Assembly: GCF_009914755.1 (NCBI RefSeq)
Contig: NC_060939.1
Strand: one strand, 5' to 3'
Source: the human T2T-CHM13v2.0 reference genome, Homo sapiens
Length of the DNA: 64,000 bases
The position numbers were made by a program, and so were the translations under genes. Positions within the stretch are counted from its first letter, which is position 1. The number at the start of each line of letters is the position of its first letter. Shown piece after piece: positions 57,621 through 64,000 of this stretch. The notes under the pieces are model-generated. The model saw only the letters and a list, made by a program, of their open reading frames with translations, ran no database searches and had not been told where the DNA came from.

Positions 57621-58131
57621 ATCTTGTACAATCTTAGTGGATATCAGAACCACCTCATCCATAAATCCCACTTTAATATGCCAACAAATCCTGCAGATTG
57701 AACAGGTCATTTCTGTGGTGGGGGTTTTCAACCAGCTTCAAGAGGTTTCCTTATCTGAACCCATCCAATTGACTTTGGGGCTATTTTCAGAAAAACATAC
57801 CTTTTTGCTGTGATTCTACTCCAGTATACTTGCTAGGTTGAGACTTACTTTCAACGCTGAAAGGGCATACCAATAACTCCTCAGGGAAAAAATTACTCTT
57901 AGAGTTTCCTGACTCTCCTGAACCAGAACTGTTCTCTCTACAGGCAGAAATGGATAAGATCAACTCTCAACCCTGTAATACCCCTGACATTTCTAAACAC
58001 GTGAACGTTTATGGGCCTCTTTCTCAAATGATACAGGAAGGACTAAAAGGGTGGAACCTATAAAAGTGCAAATGGATCATTCTAAACCTTTACCTAAATT
58101 ACCCCAATCCACTAATACCAGAAGCAATTCA

Positions 58132-58566
<435 letters not shown>

Positions 58567-58889
58567 TCAAGATTTATGGGCAGTTAATAAAATTGTAATA
58601 TCAAGGCTTTCTGTGGTTCCAAATTCTAAAACTTTATCATCTAATTTACCCTCTGATTCAAAGTGGTTCATAGTAACAGACTTCTGCTCAGCCTTCTTTA
58701 GCATTCCAGTTTATAAAAACAGTCAGTATTTGTTTGCTTTTATTTAGAAAAGCCAGCAGTACCCCTGTACTATAATGCCACAGAGGTTTACTGAAGCCTA
58801 TTTGTATTTTTCCCAGGCATTGAATCAGGAATTAATAACCCTACAGTTTCCTTGAAATTCTATTCTTCTATTTTCCTTTTTATTTTTCT

Positions 58890-59402
58890 TTATTAAATGT
58901 ATATTTTTTAATAGAGATGAGGTTTTGCCATGTTGCCCAGGCTGGTCTTTAATTCCTGAGCTCAAGCGATTCACCCACCTCAGCTTCTCAAAGCACTGGG
59001 ATTACAGACATGAGCCACTCTGCCTGGTCGAAATCCTATCCTAATTCAGTATGTAGATGGCATGTTATGCTCTCCCACTAAAGAGTGCTCTGGGCCAGGC
59101 ATGGTGGCTCACGCCTATAATCCTAACACTTTGGGAGGCCGAGGCGGGCAGATCACTTGAGGTCAGGATTCCAAGACCAGCTTGGCCAACATGGTGAAAC
59201 CTTGTCTCTACTAAAAATACAAAAATTAGCTAGTCATGGTGGCTCCCGCCTGTAGTCCCAGCTACTCAGGAGGCTGAGGCAGGAGAATCACTTGATTCTC
59301 AGGAGGTGGAGGTTGCAGTGAGCCTACCGAGATTGCACTACTGCACTCCAGCCTGGGCGACAGAGCAAGACTTCTTCTCAAAAAAAAAAACAAAAAAAAA
59401 AA
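58890..59402. mobile_element. Alu monomer (58890-59028, -) and AluS (59092-59402, +)
   Basis: Alu consensus matches. Confidence 0.85.
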
Positions 59403-59405
59403 GCT

Positions 59406-64000
<4,595 letters not shown>

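Overview
Primate (human-like) genomic DNA that is mostly repeat-derived. I recognise no spliced protein-coding exon. The window holds about 50 Alus, several L1PA/L1PB/L1M pieces, MaLR and ERVL LTRs, two ERV1 (MER4-group, tRNA-Leu PBS) remnants and a solitary LTR12. It also holds an orphan CpG island (~18.5-19.3 kb) and two processed retrocopies of chromatin-protein genes, both with unbroken ORFs. HMGN1 (16097-16399, +) has 2 aa changes and sits head-to-head with LTR12. H2AZ2/H2A.Z.2 (38084-38470, -) has 10 aa changes. From memory, and unverified, this combination resembles human 15q26.1 near FAM174B (HMGN1P38, H2AZ2P1, UNQ6190). The most notable signals are: (i) the H2A.Z.2 retrocopy substitutions run almost entirely A/T->G/C, and an old L1 beside the CpG island shows the same shift, suggesting local GC-biased gene conversion and germline hypomethylation; (ii) an LTR12/HMGN1 divergent unit that could be a nascent retrogene; (iii) a spliced L1 (SpIRE-type junction at 59503/59504); (iv) a twin-primed L1 with a ~3.3 kb gap; (v) retrotransposition target sites that were reused serially. 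I cannot support a wholly new biological system from sequence alone. Repeat subfamily names are by eye and boundaries are approximate.
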